Source: Gemmatimonadales bacterium
GTDB taxonomy: Bacteria > Gemmatimonadota > Gemmatimonadetes > Gemmatimonadales > GWC2-71-9
NCBI GenBank assembly: GCA_037189525.1
Contig: JBBCJC010000003.1
Span: forward strand, 384,001 to 448,000
Length of the DNA: 64,000 bases
Direction: 5' to 3'
Part shown: piece by piece, positions 30,477 to 43,254 of the stretch
Layout: every line of letters begins with the position of its first letter
How positions within the stretch are numbered: the first letter of the stretch is position 1
Position numbers and translations under genes: made by a program
The notes under the pieces: model-generated
Told to the model about the DNA's origin: nothing
Database searches by the model: none
What the model saw: the letters and a program-made list of their open reading frames with translations, nothing else

Positions 30477-30491
30477 CGTGAGGATGTCGTC

Positions 30492-31607
30492 GTGACCGTT
30501 CCGATGCTGGATCTGAAGGCGCAGTACCGCACGATCAAGGACGAGGTCGACCGGGCGGTCGCCTCCGTGATCGAGCGGCAGGAGTTCATCATGGGGCGCG
30601 AGGTGGGCGAACTCGAGCGGGCGGTTGCCGCGCTGTCGGCGGCCAAGCACGGGATCGGCTGCGCCAGCGGGACGGACGCGATCCTGCTTCCGCTCAAGAG
30701 TCTCGGTCTCCAGCCCGGCGACGAGGTCATCGCGCCGAGCTTCACGTTCTTTGCTACCGCCGGGGCGATCCACAATGCGGGAGGCACCCCGGTCTTCGTC
30801 GACATCGATCCCGTCACATACTGTATCGATCCGGACGCCATCGCGGCGGCCATCACCCCGAAGACCCGGGCCATCGTGGTGGTGCATCTGTTTGGTCAGA
30901 TGGCCGCCATGGAGCGGATCCTGGCCGTGGCCCAACGGCACGGGCTCCCGGTCCTGGAAGACGGTGCGCAGGCCATCGGGGCTCGGCGGCAGGTCGAGGG
31001 AACCTGGCGGCTGGCCGGCGAACTGGGCTGGTGCGGGACCTTCTCGTTCTTTCCGAGTAAGAACCTGGGCGGGTACGGCGACGGCGGGATGATGGTGACC
31101 CAGGACGATGCCCTGGTCGACCGGCTTCGGAAGCTCCGCCTCCACGGCGGGGCGAAGCAGTACCACCACGAGGAGGTCGGGACCAACAGCCGGCTCGATA
31201 CCCTCCAGGCCGCCGTGCTGCTGGCTAAGCTGCCGCATCTGGCTGCCTGGAGCGAGGCACGCCGGGGCCGGGCAGCCCGGTACACGGAGGCATTGGGCCA
31301 GCATCCGGCCATTTCCACCCCGGTCATCGATCCGGCCAACGAGCACATCTTCCACCAGTACACCCTGCGGGTGCCGCATCGGGACCAGCTGCTGGCCCAT
31401 CTCAAGGACCGCGGCATTGGATGTGCGGTGTACTACCCCGTGGGATTGCATCTGCAGCCGTGCTTCGCGCACCTGGGGTACCAGGCTGGTAGCTTGCCGA
31501 ATACTGAGGCCGCCATGCGGGAGGTCATCTCGCTACCGGTCTATCCCGAATTGGGCGACGAGGCCCTGGATCGGGTCGTGGCGGGCGTGCGGGAGTTTTT
31601 CGGGTGA
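30492..31607 (+). CDS. wbpE: DegT/DnrJ/EryC1/StrS aminotransferase (WbpE-like)
   Basis: ASGTDAI, VHLFGQ, EDGAQAIG, SFFPSKNLGGYGDGG, NSRLDTLQAA. Confidence 0.88.
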   Translation: MTVPMLDLKAQYRTIKDEVDRAVASVIERQEFIMGREVGELERAVAALSAAKHGIGCASGTDAILLPLKSLGLQPGDEVIAPSFTFFATAGAIHNAGGTPVFVDIDPVTYCIDPDAIAAAITPKTRAIVVVHLFGQMAAMERILAVAQRHGLPVLEDGAQAIGARRQVEGTWRLAGELGWCGTFSFFPSKNLGGYGDGGMMVTQDDALVDRLRKLRLHGGAKQYHHEEVGTNSRLDTLQAAVLLAKLPHLAAWSEARRGRAARYTEALGQHPAISTPVIDPANEHIFHQYTLRVPHRDQLLAHLKDRGIGCAVYYPVGLHLQPCFAHLGYQAGSLPNTEAAMREVISLPVYPELGDEALDRVVAGVREFFG

Positions 31608-32614
31608 GCCGGCTCAAAGTCGGGGTCATCGGGGCCGGGACCTGGGGGCGGAACCACGTTCGGACGCTGGCCACCATGGCCGGGGTCGAGTTGGCAGCGG
31701 TCTGTGATACGTCCGAAGCGGTACGCGCCCGGACGGCCAAGACCTATCCGGGGGCCCTGGTAACGGCCTCGGTATCGGAACTGCTCGACCGGGTCGATGC
31801 GGTAGTGGTGGCCTCGACGGCGCGCACCCATGCCGAACTGGGCATCGCCGCCCTCCGGGCAGGAAAGCCGGTGCTGATCGAGAAGCCGTTTGCGCTGTCG
31901 GGCGCGGACGCGGCGGCGATCGTGGCGGAGAGTGAGCGGGCGCGCGTGCCGGCATTGGTCGGCCACCTGCTCGAGTTCCATCCGGTCATCGATCGCCTCA
32001 AGGTGATGGTGCAGGAGGGCGCGCTGGGCGAGGTGTATTACCTCTATTCGCAGCGGGTCAACCTGGGGCAGGTGCGGCCCGACGAGAATGCGCTGTGGAG
32101 CTTCGGCCCGCACGACATTTCGGTGGCGCTCTATCTGATGGGAGAGGCGCCCGTGTCCGTTTCGGCGCAGGGCCACTCGTACCTGCAGCAGGGTATCGAG
32201 GACGTCGTGTTCATGGTGATGCGGTTCCGGTCCGGAGTCGTCGCCCATGCGCACCTGTCGTGGCTCGACCCCCATAAGGAGCGCAAGCTGACGGTCGTCG
32301 GCTCGAAGCAGATGGCGGTGTTCGATGACATGGCGCCGCGGGAAAAGCTTCGGCTGTACGACAAAGGGATCGATCGACCGCCGGAGTACGGGTCGTACGG
32401 GGAGAGCCTGGCCGTTCGGGAGGGAGACATCTGGATCCCCAAGATTCCGACGGCGGAGCCCTTGGCGCTGGAGCTCGCGCATTTCGTACAGGTTGCCCGG
32501 GGCGAAGTGCCCACCCGCGCCGATGCGCGGGATGGTCTCCGGGTCGTGAGGGTGTTGGAAGCGGCCACTCGCTCGCTTGGGAGCGGGGGCGCACCGGTTT
32601 CCGTGGAGGAATGA
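31604..32614 (+). CDS. Gfo/Idh/MocA oxidoreductase (WbpB-like sugar 3-dehydrogenase)
   Basis: IGAGTWGRNH, EKP and PHDIS motifs; lies between aminotransferase and dehydrogenase. Confidence 0.88.
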   Translation: MSRLKVGVIGAGTWGRNHVRTLATMAGVELAAVCDTSEAVRARTAKTYPGALVTASVSELLDRVDAVVVASTARTHAELGIAALRAGKPVLIEKPFALSGADAAAIVAESERARVPALVGHLLEFHPVIDRLKVMVQEGALGEVYYLYSQRVNLGQVRPDENALWSFGPHDISVALYLMGEAPVSVSAQGHSYLQQGIEDVVFMVMRFRSGVVAHAHLSWLDPHKERKLTVVGSKQMAVFDDMAPREKLRLYDKGIDRPPEYGSYGESLAVREGDIWIPKIPTAEPLALELAHFVQVARGEVPTRADARDGLRVVRVLEAATRSLGSGGAPVSVEE

Positions 32615-32618
32615 ACTG

Positions 32619-33905
32619 ATGTCGTTGGCGGATTCGCTGGTCGAAAAGGCACGAAGCCGAGAGGCCTTGTTTGGCATCGTCGGATTGGGATATGTCGGGC
32701 TCCCGCTGGCCGTGGAACTGGCCAAAGTGGGCTACCGCGTGGTGGGCTTCGATGTCAGCCAGCGCGTCGTAGACGGGCTCAACGCGGGCAAGTCGCACGT
32801 CAAGGACATCAGCGATGCGGACCTGGCGGCCATCAAGGGCAAGTTCACGGCCACCACGGACGGCAACGCGCTCGGGGAGTGCGACGCGATTTCGATCTGC
32901 GTACCGACTCCGCTGTCCAAGTTCAAAGACCCCGACGTGAGCTACATCGTCGCGGCCACCGAGACGGTCAAGGATGTGTTGCGCCCGGGGCAGGCGATCA
33001 TCCTCGAGAGTACGACCTATCCCGGGACGACGCGCGAGATCATGCTCCCTGCGCTGGAAGCGACCGGCCTCAAGGCGGGGCAGGATTTCTTCCTGGCCTT
33101 CAGCCCCGAGCGGGTCGATCCGGGCAATCCGGTCTACCAGACGCGCAACACGCCCAAGGTGGTGGGTGGCATTACGGACGACTGCCGCCGGGTCGTGATG
33201 GAGCTCTATCAGCCGGCCATCGACACCCTGGTGCCAGTGTCGACCACGGAGGCGGCCGAGCTCGTTAAACTGCTCGAGAACACCTTCCGAAGCGTCAATA
33301 TCGGCCTGGCCAACGAAATGGCCATCGTCTGCGATATGCTGGGCGTCGACGTCTGGGAAGTGATCGATGCGGCGGCCACCAAGCCGTTCGGCTTCATGAA
33401 GTTCCTGCCGGGCCCCGGGCTTGGTGGGCACTGCATTCCGATCGATCCGCACTACCTCGCCTGGAAGATGCGCGGGCTCAACTACAAAACCCGGTTCATC
33501 GATCTGGCCGGCGAACTCAACACCGAAATGCCGCTCTTCTGGGTGCGCAAGATCAACGAAGCCCTCAACGACGCCGGTAAGGCGTTCAAGGGGTCATCGA
33601 TTCTGATCGTGGGTGTGGCCTACAAGCGCGACATCGAGGACATCCGGGAGAGCCCGGCGCTCGACATCATCCGCCTGCTGGAAGGGCGCGGCGCCAAGGT
33701 CAGCTATCACGATCCGTACGTGCCGTCGTTCAGCGAAGACGGGCACCAGGCGGTGTCGGTGCCGCTGACCAAGGAAGTCCTTGCGGCCGCCGACTGTGTG
33801 GTCATCGTGACCGACCACGCCAACATCGACTACGGTCTGGTGCGCCGTGAGGCGCGTCGTGTGGTCGACACTCGCAACGCCCTGCGCAAAGGCACCACGG
33901 CGTAA
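32619..33905 (+). CDS. wbpA: UDP-N-acetyl-hexosamine 6-dehydrogenase (WbpA-like)
   Basis: GLGYVGLPLA, CVPTP, ESTTYPGTT, SPERVDPGN, KLLENTFR, GGHCIPIDP. Confidence 0.88.
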   Translation: MSLADSLVEKARSREALFGIVGLGYVGLPLAVELAKVGYRVVGFDVSQRVVDGLNAGKSHVKDISDADLAAIKGKFTATTDGNALGECDAISICVPTPLSKFKDPDVSYIVAATETVKDVLRPGQAIILESTTYPGTTREIMLPALEATGLKAGQDFFLAFSPERVDPGNPVYQTRNTPKVVGGITDDCRRVVMELYQPAIDTLVPVSTTEAAELVKLLENTFRSVNIGLANEMAIVCDMLGVDVWEVIDAAATKPFGFMKFLPGPGLGGHCIPIDPHYLAWKMRGLNYKTRFIDLAGELNTEMPLFWVRKINEALNDAGKAFKGSSILIVGVAYKRDIEDIRESPALDIIRLLEGRGAKVSYHDPYVPSFSEDGHQAVSVPLTKEVLAAADCVVIVTDHANIDYGLVRREARRVVDTRNALRKGTTA

Positions 33906-33908
33906 CCG

Positions 33909-35216
33909 ATGCGGGTCACGGTTATCGGGACGGGGTATGTCGGGCTGGTGGCGGGTGCGTGCCTGGCGGAGACCGGCAACGACGTCATCTGCGCGGATGT
34001 CGACGAAGCCAAGATCGCCCGCTTGAAGGAAAACTGGATTCCGATCTACGAGCCCGGCCTCAAGCCGCTCGTGATTCGGAACCAGACCGAGGGCCGTCTG
34101 GCCTTCACGACCGATCTGGATCAGGCGGTCCGCCACGGCGAAGTCGTCTTCATTGCGGTCGGGACTCCGCCTGGAGAAGACGGCTCCGCCGATCTGCGGC
34201 ACGTGCTCGATGTGGCGCAGGTGATCGGTCGCAATCTCAACGAACCCAAAGTCGTCGTCACCAAGTCGACCGTGCCCGTCGGTACGGCCGAGAGCGTTCG
34301 GCAGGCCATCGCGGCGGAGTCGTCGCAGCCCTTCTTCATGGCGTCGAATCCGGAGTTCCTCAAAGAGGGCGCGGCCATCGACGATTTCATGAAGCCCGAC
34401 CGGGTCGTCGTCGGCGTGGATTCCGACGAGGCGCGCGAGCGTCTGGGCGAGTTGTACGCGCCGTTCGTGCGCACCGGGAATCCGATCCTCTTCATGGACA
34501 TTCCCTCCGCCGAGGTCACGAAGTACGCCGCCAATGCCATGCTGGCGACGCGTATCTCCTTCATGAATCAGATCGCGCTGTTCTGCGAGCAGGTCGGCGC
34601 CGACGTCGGCATGGTGCGCAAGGGCATCGGAACCGATCGCCGGATCGGTCCCGCCTTTCTCTTTCCGGGGCCGGGATACGGCGGGTCGTGTTTCCCCAAG
34701 GACGTCAAAGCGTTGATCCGGTCGGCTGATGAGATCGGCATGGATGCCGATCTGTGGCGGGCGGTCGAAGCGGTCAATCAGCGCCAGAAGAATGTCCTTC
34801 TCGCCAAGCTCGAATACGCGCTCGGCGGCGAGTTGGCCGGCCGGCGGATTGCGGTCTGGGGGCTCTCGTTCAAGCCCGAGACCGACGACATGCGGGAGAG
34901 CCCGTCGATTCCGCTGATCGAAGGGGTGCTCGCTGCCGGTGGTTCGGTCGCTGCGCACGATCCGAAAGCGATGGATGCCGCTCGTCAGGTGTTTGCCGAC
35001 CGGATCCAGTACGCGCGCGACCCGTACGATGCGCTCGGCGGCGCGGACGCCCTGGTGATCGTGACGGAGTGGCTGGTCTATCGCAATCCGGATTTCGATC
35101 GGGTCAAGTCGCTGCTCGTAGCTCCGCTCATCGTCGACGGCCGGAACTTGTTCGATCCGCTTCGGATGCAGCGGGCCGGGTTTCGCTACGCGAGCATCGG
35201 CCGGGTCACGGTATGA
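33909..35216 (+). CDS. ugd: UDP-glucose 6-dehydrogenase
   Basis: [51 protein letters not shown]. Confidence 0.95.
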   Translation: MRVTVIGTGYVGLVAGACLAETGNDVICADVDEAKIARLKENWIPIYEPGLKPLVIRNQTEGRLAFTTDLDQAVRHGEVVFIAVGTPPGEDGSADLRHVLDVAQVIGRNLNEPKVVVTKSTVPVGTAESVRQAIAAESSQPFFMASNPEFLKEGAAIDDFMKPDRVVVGVDSDEARERLGELYAPFVRTGNPILFMDIPSAEVTKYAANAMLATRISFMNQIALFCEQVGADVGMVRKGIGTDRRIGPAFLFPGPGYGGSCFPKDVKALIRSADEIGMDADLWRAVEAVNQRQKNVLLAKLEYALGGELAGRRIAVWGLSFKPETDDMRESPSIPLIEGVLAAGGSVAAHDPKAMDAARQVFADRIQYARDPYDALGGADALVIVTEWLVYRNPDFDRVKSLLVAPLIVDGRNLFDPLRMQRAGFRYASIGRVTV

Positions 35217-36148
35217 GAGTCGTGATCACCGGCGCGGCCGGTTTCCTGGGGTCGCACCTTGCCGATCGGTTTTTGGCGGAAGGCTATCGGGTCGTCGGTG
35301 TCGACAACTTCCTGACTGGGTCGCGGGAAAACCTGCGACATCTGCTTCAGCAGCCTGAATTCGAGTTTCTCGAGCAGGATGTCTCGCGCGGTCTCGAGGT
35401 GGCCGGGCCGCTCGACGGGGTGCTTCACTTCGCCTCTCCCGCCAGTCCGATCGACTATCTCGAGCATCCTCTCCCGACACTCGAAGTTGGCTCGCTGGGC
35501 ACCCGGAACGCGCTGCTCCTGGCGCAGGCGACAGGCGCCCGGTTTCTGCTGGCGTCCACGTCCGAGGTCTACGGCGACCCGCTGGTCCATCCGCAGCCGG
35601 AGAGCTATTGGGGGAACGTCAATCCGGTCGGGCCGCGGTCGGTCTACGACGAAGCAAAACGCTTCAGCGAGGCCCTGACGATGGCCTTTCATCGTCAGCA
35701 TGGCGTCGAGACGCGGATCGTCCGGATCTTCAATACCTACGGCCCCCGGATGCGGGCCCGGGATGGTCGGGTGGTGTCGAACTTCATCGTGCAGGCCCTG
35801 AAGGGCGAGCCGCTGACGGTCTACGGCGACGGGAACCAGACCCGGTCCTTCTGCTACGTCTCGGACCTGGTCGACGGGATCTACCGGCTGTTCCGGAGTG
35901 ATCGGATCGAGCCGACCAACATCGGGAATCCCAACGAGTTCACCATGCTGGAACTGGCCCGGCTGGTCCAGGAGCTGGTCGGCTCGTCGGTACCCCTTCG
36001 GCACGATCCGCTGCCCGTCGACGATCCGAAGGTGCGCCGGCCCGACATCACCCTCGCCACCACCCAGCTGGGCTGGCAACCCACGGTCGAACTCCGCGAA
36101 GGGCTCGAGCGAACCATCCCGCATTTCCGGGCGGCCCTGACCGCCTAG
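35213..36148 (+). CDS. uxs: UDP-glucuronate decarboxylase (UDP-xylose synthase) family
   Basis: [53 protein letters not shown]. Confidence 0.92.
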   Translation: MRVVITGAAGFLGSHLADRFLAEGYRVVGVDNFLTGSRENLRHLLQQPEFEFLEQDVSRGLEVAGPLDGVLHFASPASPIDYLEHPLPTLEVGSLGTRNALLLAQATGARFLLASTSEVYGDPLVHPQPESYWGNVNPVGPRSVYDEAKRFSEALTMAFHRQHGVETRIVRIFNTYGPRMRARDGRVVSNFIVQALKGEPLTVYGDGNQTRSFCYVSDLVDGIYRLFRSDRIEPTNIGNPNEFTMLELARLVQELVGSSVPLRHDPLPVDDPKVRRPDITLATTQLGWQPTVELREGLERTIPHFRAALTA

Positions 36149-36362
36149 CCTCGGGGTCCGGCAGGCCGGCCTCCGGGCCGGCAGCGCGCCTCCGCGAGCC
36201 GCGCAAATCCGCCGACCACGCTATCTTACATGCTTGTGCCGGATTCCCGCCGGCCCCCAAATCGGGGCCCGGCGCGACGGTCCGACGGTGCGATTCATCG
36301 TCATCGTCGACGGGGTGAATCGGCCGAGTCGAACCCTCGGAATGACGGGTGGACGGATGGCA

Positions 36363-37070
36363 ATGCAAGTCAGCACCGAGCATCTCCTGCAGCAGGCCAA
36401 TGAACGGTTTGCCGTGCAGGACTACTACGGCGCGGTCCATCTGCTCGATGAGATTCTCGAGTCGGGGCGTCGCTTCGCTGACGTGTATCATCTTCGTGGC
36501 CTCAGCTTGTCGTTGCTCGGCCAGCCGGAAAAGGCCCTCGAGGATTTCGATCGCGCCTTGGGCGTCAATCCGCGGTACATCGATGCGCTGGTGCATCGGG
36601 GCGTCGTCCTGGTGGAGTTGGGACGATCGGGTGAGGCGGATGCTTCGTTTCAGCGCGCAGCGGCCCTGGGACAAACCGGACCGAGCGGCTTTTCGAACCC
36701 GGTGGCGTCGCGATTGGCCAACCTGCACGCCACGGTAGGCGATGCCTACGCCGAGGTCGGCGCGTTGGCGGATGCCATCCGGGAGTATCAGCGCGCGGTG
36801 GGGCTTGGTCCGCATTTCCACGATCTGCGCTACCGGCTGTCGCGGCTCCTGCTCGAGGCCGGGCGGCCGCTCGAGGCGCGCGAAGAACTGGAGCGGATCG
36901 TCGCGGTCCAGCCCAAGTTCGTCGATGCCCAGGCCGCGCTCGGCCTGGCGCACTACTTGTCGGGTGACGCGACAGGTGCGCAGGAAATCTGGGCCCGGTG
37001 CCTGATGCAGCGGCCCGAGAATGCGCGGATCGGTGCCTACCTTGCGATGGCGCGGCGGCTGGTGTCGTGA
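36363..37070 (+). CDS. tetratricopeptide repeat protein
   Basis: Repeated TPR units (YHLRGLSL...ALGVNPRY; VGDAYAEVG; LGLAHYLSG); start 36357 or 36363. Confidence 0.85.
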   Translation: MQVSTEHLLQQANERFAVQDYYGAVHLLDEILESGRRFADVYHLRGLSLSLLGQPEKALEDFDRALGVNPRYIDALVHRGVVLVELGRSGEADASFQRAAALGQTGPSGFSNPVASRLANLHATVGDAYAEVGALADAIREYQRAVGLGPHFHDLRYRLSRLLLEAGRPLEAREELERIVAVQPKFVDAQAALGLAHYLSGDATGAQEIWARCLMQRPENARIGAYLAMARRLVS

Positions 37071-37963
37071 TGCGCGGGTGGCTGCTGCTCGTACTGGCGG
37101 GGCTGGGGTGCAGCGCCGCCGCGGCCGACCATGAGCGGTTGGGCGACCATGCCTATCGCGAAGGACAGTTTGCGCGGGCGCTGAGCGAGTACCAGGCGGC
37201 GCAGCGGAGCGGGGCCCGCAGCCGGGTCTGGGCCAAAGCGGGCGTGGCGGCGCTCAATGCCAGCGACTTTGCGGCCGCGACCGACGCGTTCACCGCGCTG
37301 GTTCGCGACGATCCGACCCGGACGGTCGAGGCGGCCGTCGGGCTCGAGCGGGCGGCGGCCGGGGCGGAGCGCCAGGGGGATGGCGCGACCATGGGGCGAG
37401 CGCTCCTGGCACTCCGGCAGGTGGCGCCGAGCCGACCGCTTGGTCGGCTGGCGCTCGGCCCGGTCGAGTCGCGCGGCGATCCGGCGACGGAGCTCCATCT
37501 GCTCCCCTCGGCCATGGCCATGGCCGAGGGACCGCGAGGCATCGATGCGCTCTTGCTGCGCTATGCCGATGCGCAGCGATCGACGGTGGCGTGTGAAGCG
37601 GCGGCGCGGAGCTACCAGACCCTGCTGCGGCGGACCGGCGATGCGCGGCTCCGGACGGCGGGGCAGGACGGCCTGGCTGAGTGTGCGCTTTTGCTGGGGC
37701 AGGATGCGCTGATTGCAGGAGACGGTTTTGTGGCGGAGCGATGGTTCGATCTGGTGGTGCGGTCCCAGTCGGCCAATGCGCGCGGCCTGGTGGCGCAGAT
37801 CGGCCTGGGCGATGCCCGGGTGTTGCAGGGTGACGCGCTGGGAGCGGCGGTTGCGTACCAGGCGGTACTCGCGGCCCCGGCCGGCTCGGACAGCCTGCGC
37901 CAGGTTGCCACGACCAAGCTGAATAGTCTCGGGGCCGGTTCGCCGCCCCCTACGGATGGGTGA
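37070..37963 (+). CDS. hypothetical helical/TPR-like lipoprotein
   Basis: MRGWLLLVLAGLG-C lipobox; TGATG coupling; Ala-rich helical repeats. Confidence 0.7.
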   Translation: MRGWLLLVLAGLGCSAAAADHERLGDHAYREGQFARALSEYQAAQRSGARSRVWAKAGVAALNASDFAAATDAFTALVRDDPTRTVEAAVGLERAAAGAERQGDGATMGRALLALRQVAPSRPLGRLALGPVESRGDPATELHLLPSAMAMAEGPRGIDALLLRYADAQRSTVACEAAARSYQTLLRRTGDARLRTAGQDGLAECALLLGQDALIAGDGFVAERWFDLVVRSQSANARGLVAQIGLGDARVLQGDALGAAVAYQAVLAAPAGSDSLRQVATTKLNSLGAGSPPPTDG

Positions 37964-37966
37964 CGC

Positions 37967-38758
37967 ATGAATCTGGTTCGAATCGGCCTGATGGCGGCGG
38001 TGGTCTTGTCCGCCGGGTGCTGGCCGTTCAAGGGAAAGCGAAACGACGCGCCGGTGCCGGTGCTGACCAACTCGCCGCAAGCTGTGGATTCGCTCTGGCG
38101 GGAAGGGGAGCAGGCCTTCAACCAGGGGCGGTGGGGGCGGGCGTCGCAGCTGTTCTCGCAGCTCAATGGCGTCATGCCGGTGACCGATGCGCGGATCAAC
38201 CGGATGGCGTTCTACCGGGGAGAAATCGAGCTGGCGCGCGGCAATCAGCTCGACGCCGTGCGCCAGTTCCGGCGCCTGGCCGACGAGCATCCGGATGACT
38301 CGCTGGCGGCAGATGCCTTGCTCCGCGCCGGCGATGCCTATTCGCAACTCTGGAAGCGGCCGGAACTCGACCCGACCTACGGTCAGACCGCGCTGGCGGT
38401 CTACCTCGAGGTGCAGAGCCGCTATCCCAACTCGCTCGCCTCGCAGCGGGCCGAGATCAAGATTCGGGTGCTGCAGGACCTCTTTGCGCAGAAGGATTAT
38501 CTGAGCGCGGTCTTCTACATCAAGTACAAGGCGTACGACTCGGCCGTGCTGATGCTGCGCGATCTGATTGCGCGATATCCCCGTTCGTCGGTGGTACCGG
38601 CGGCGCTGGAACGGCTGGTCGCGGCCTACCGGGCGCTCAAGTACGAAGAGGATGTCCAGGAAACCTGCCAGTACATCGTGCAGTTCCATCCGGATCCCGA
38701 GGGGCCGCGCAAACTCTGTCCCGCCACGGTGGCGACCGACTCGACCGGGCAGCTCTAG
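37967..38758 (+). CDS. bamD: outer membrane protein assembly factor BamD
   Basis: Lipobox LSAG-C; TPR repeats; ELDPTY, RYPNS, FYIKYKAYDSA, ARYPRS pattern. Confidence 0.85.
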   Translation: MNLVRIGLMAAVVLSAGCWPFKGKRNDAPVPVLTNSPQAVDSLWREGEQAFNQGRWGRASQLFSQLNGVMPVTDARINRMAFYRGEIELARGNQLDAVRQFRRLADEHPDDSLAADALLRAGDAYSQLWKRPELDPTYGQTALAVYLEVQSRYPNSLASQRAEIKIRVLQDLFAQKDYLSAVFYIKYKAYDSAVLMLRDLIARYPRSSVVPAALERLVAAYRALKYEEDVQETCQYIVQFHPDPEGPRKLCPATVATDSTGQL

Positions 38759-39324
38759 TGCGCATTGCCGTGCTGGGCGGGTCGTTCGATCCGATCCATA
38801 CCGGCCACCTCGTGATTGCGCAGGTGGCGCTCGAGCTGCTTGGCGCGGACGAGATTCGTTGGATTCCGGTCGGTGAGCAGCCGCTCAAGATCGGCCAGCA
38901 CCGGGCGTCGGGAGCGGATCGGGCCCGCATGGTGGAGCTGGCCACGGCCGGGCAGCCGGGGTTCACGGTCGACCGGGCCGAGATCGACCGTCCGGGGCCG
39001 TCCTATACGGTCGAAACGTTGGACGACCTCCGCCGCCGTTTTCCGGGCGCGGCCATTAGCTTACTTCTCGGGGGCGATGCGGCGGCGTCCTTTACCGCCT
39101 GGAAGTCCCCGGGAGAAATTCGGGCCATGGCGGAGATCGTGGTTTTTGCGCGGGCGGGCGAGTTGCCGCCGGCGGGCATCGCGGACCGGATCATTCCGGT
39201 ACCGCGGATCGACATTTCATCGACCGCCGTGCGCGAGCGGGTGCGGCAGGGGCGGTCGATTCGGTACTGGGTCTCCGATGCGGTGGCCGAGTACATCACG
39301 CAGCACGGTTTGTATCAGGACTGA
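38758..39324 (+). CDS. nadD: nicotinate-nucleotide adenylyltransferase
   Basis: [27 protein letters not shown]. Confidence 0.95.
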   Translation: MRIAVLGGSFDPIHTGHLVIAQVALELLGADEIRWIPVGEQPLKIGQHRASGADRARMVELATAGQPGFTVDRAEIDRPGPSYTVETLDDLRRRFPGAAISLLLGGDAAASFTAWKSPGEIRAMAEIVVFARAGELPPAGIADRIIPVPRIDISSTAVRERVRQGRSIRYWVSDAVAEYITQHGLYQD

Positions 39325-39326
39325 CG

Positions 39327-42473
<3,147 letters not shown>

Positions 42474-42570
42474 CGGATCTTCGAGGTGACCCGGCGGGGC
42501 CGGGTCATCTCGGCTGATAATTGTCGCTTTTCGGTTATCGGATTCTGCCCGGCCGCCCCATCTTGTCGGG

Positions 42571-43254
42571 GTGCTGCTGCCGCCCTCTGACGCCCATCCT
42601 GGCGATCTCCCGCGCGAACGGCTGATCCGTAATGGACCAGCCGCATTGACGACTGTCGAGTTGCTTGCGATTCTGATAGGTACCGGTCAAGTCGGTGCCG
42701 ATGTGGTTGTGGTGGCCCAGGCCGTCCATCGGTCCGTGGGCGGTTCGCTGCGGCGTCTGGCCCAGACCCCCGACGCGGAGTTGCGTCGGGTGGCCGGAGT
42801 GGGGGTGGCCAAGGCGGCGCGACTGTCGGCGGCGCTCGAGCTGGGTCGGCGGCTGGTCCGGGAGGAACGCCCGCTCCGGCCGCGGATCCGGTCGCCGGAG
42901 GATGTCGCCAGGCTGATCGGCGACCGGCTGCGGGATCTGGAGGTCGAGGAGTTCCACGTCCTGGCCCTGTCGGCCCAGCGGGACGTGCTCCGGGATGTCC
43001 TGGTGTCCCGCGGGGTGCTGACCGGCGCCCTGGTGCACCCTCGCGAGGTCTTCCGCCCGGCTATTGCCGAGGCGGCGGCGGGGATCATCGTGGTACACAA
43101 CCATCCGAGTGGCGATCCGACCCCGTCGCCCGAGGATCGGGCGGTCACCGGTCAGCTGGTGGCGGCAGGGGCTATCGTCGGCATTCCGGTGCTCGACCAT
43201 GTGATCGTTGGTGGAGACCGGTGGGTCAGTTTCGCGACGCAAGGATTGTTGTGA
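42571..43254 (+). CDS. radC: RadC (JAB/MPN domain) protein
   Basis: PRERL, ELLAILIGTG, VHPREVF, HNHPSGDPTPS, LDHVI. Confidence 0.95.
   Translation: MLLPPSDAHPGDLPRERLIRNGPAALTTVELLAILIGTGQVGADVVVVAQAVHRSVGGSLRRLAQTPDAELRRVAGVGVAKAARLSAALELGRRLVREERPLRPRIRSPEDVARLIGDRLRDLEVEEFHVLALSAQRDVLRDVLVSRGVLTGALVHPREVFRPAIAEAAAGIIVVHNHPSGDPTPSPEDRAVTGQLVAAGAIVGIPVLDHVIVGGDRWVSFATQGLL

Noticed and set aside
30362..30491. SRP RNA, c-di-GMP-I riboswitch or tmRNA fragment
   Set aside because: Short matching words (CAGGTCAGG, CCGGAAGG, GCAGC, GAGCTGCCA) occur in the wrong order or lack the remaining consensus; kept only as an unassigned structured spacer
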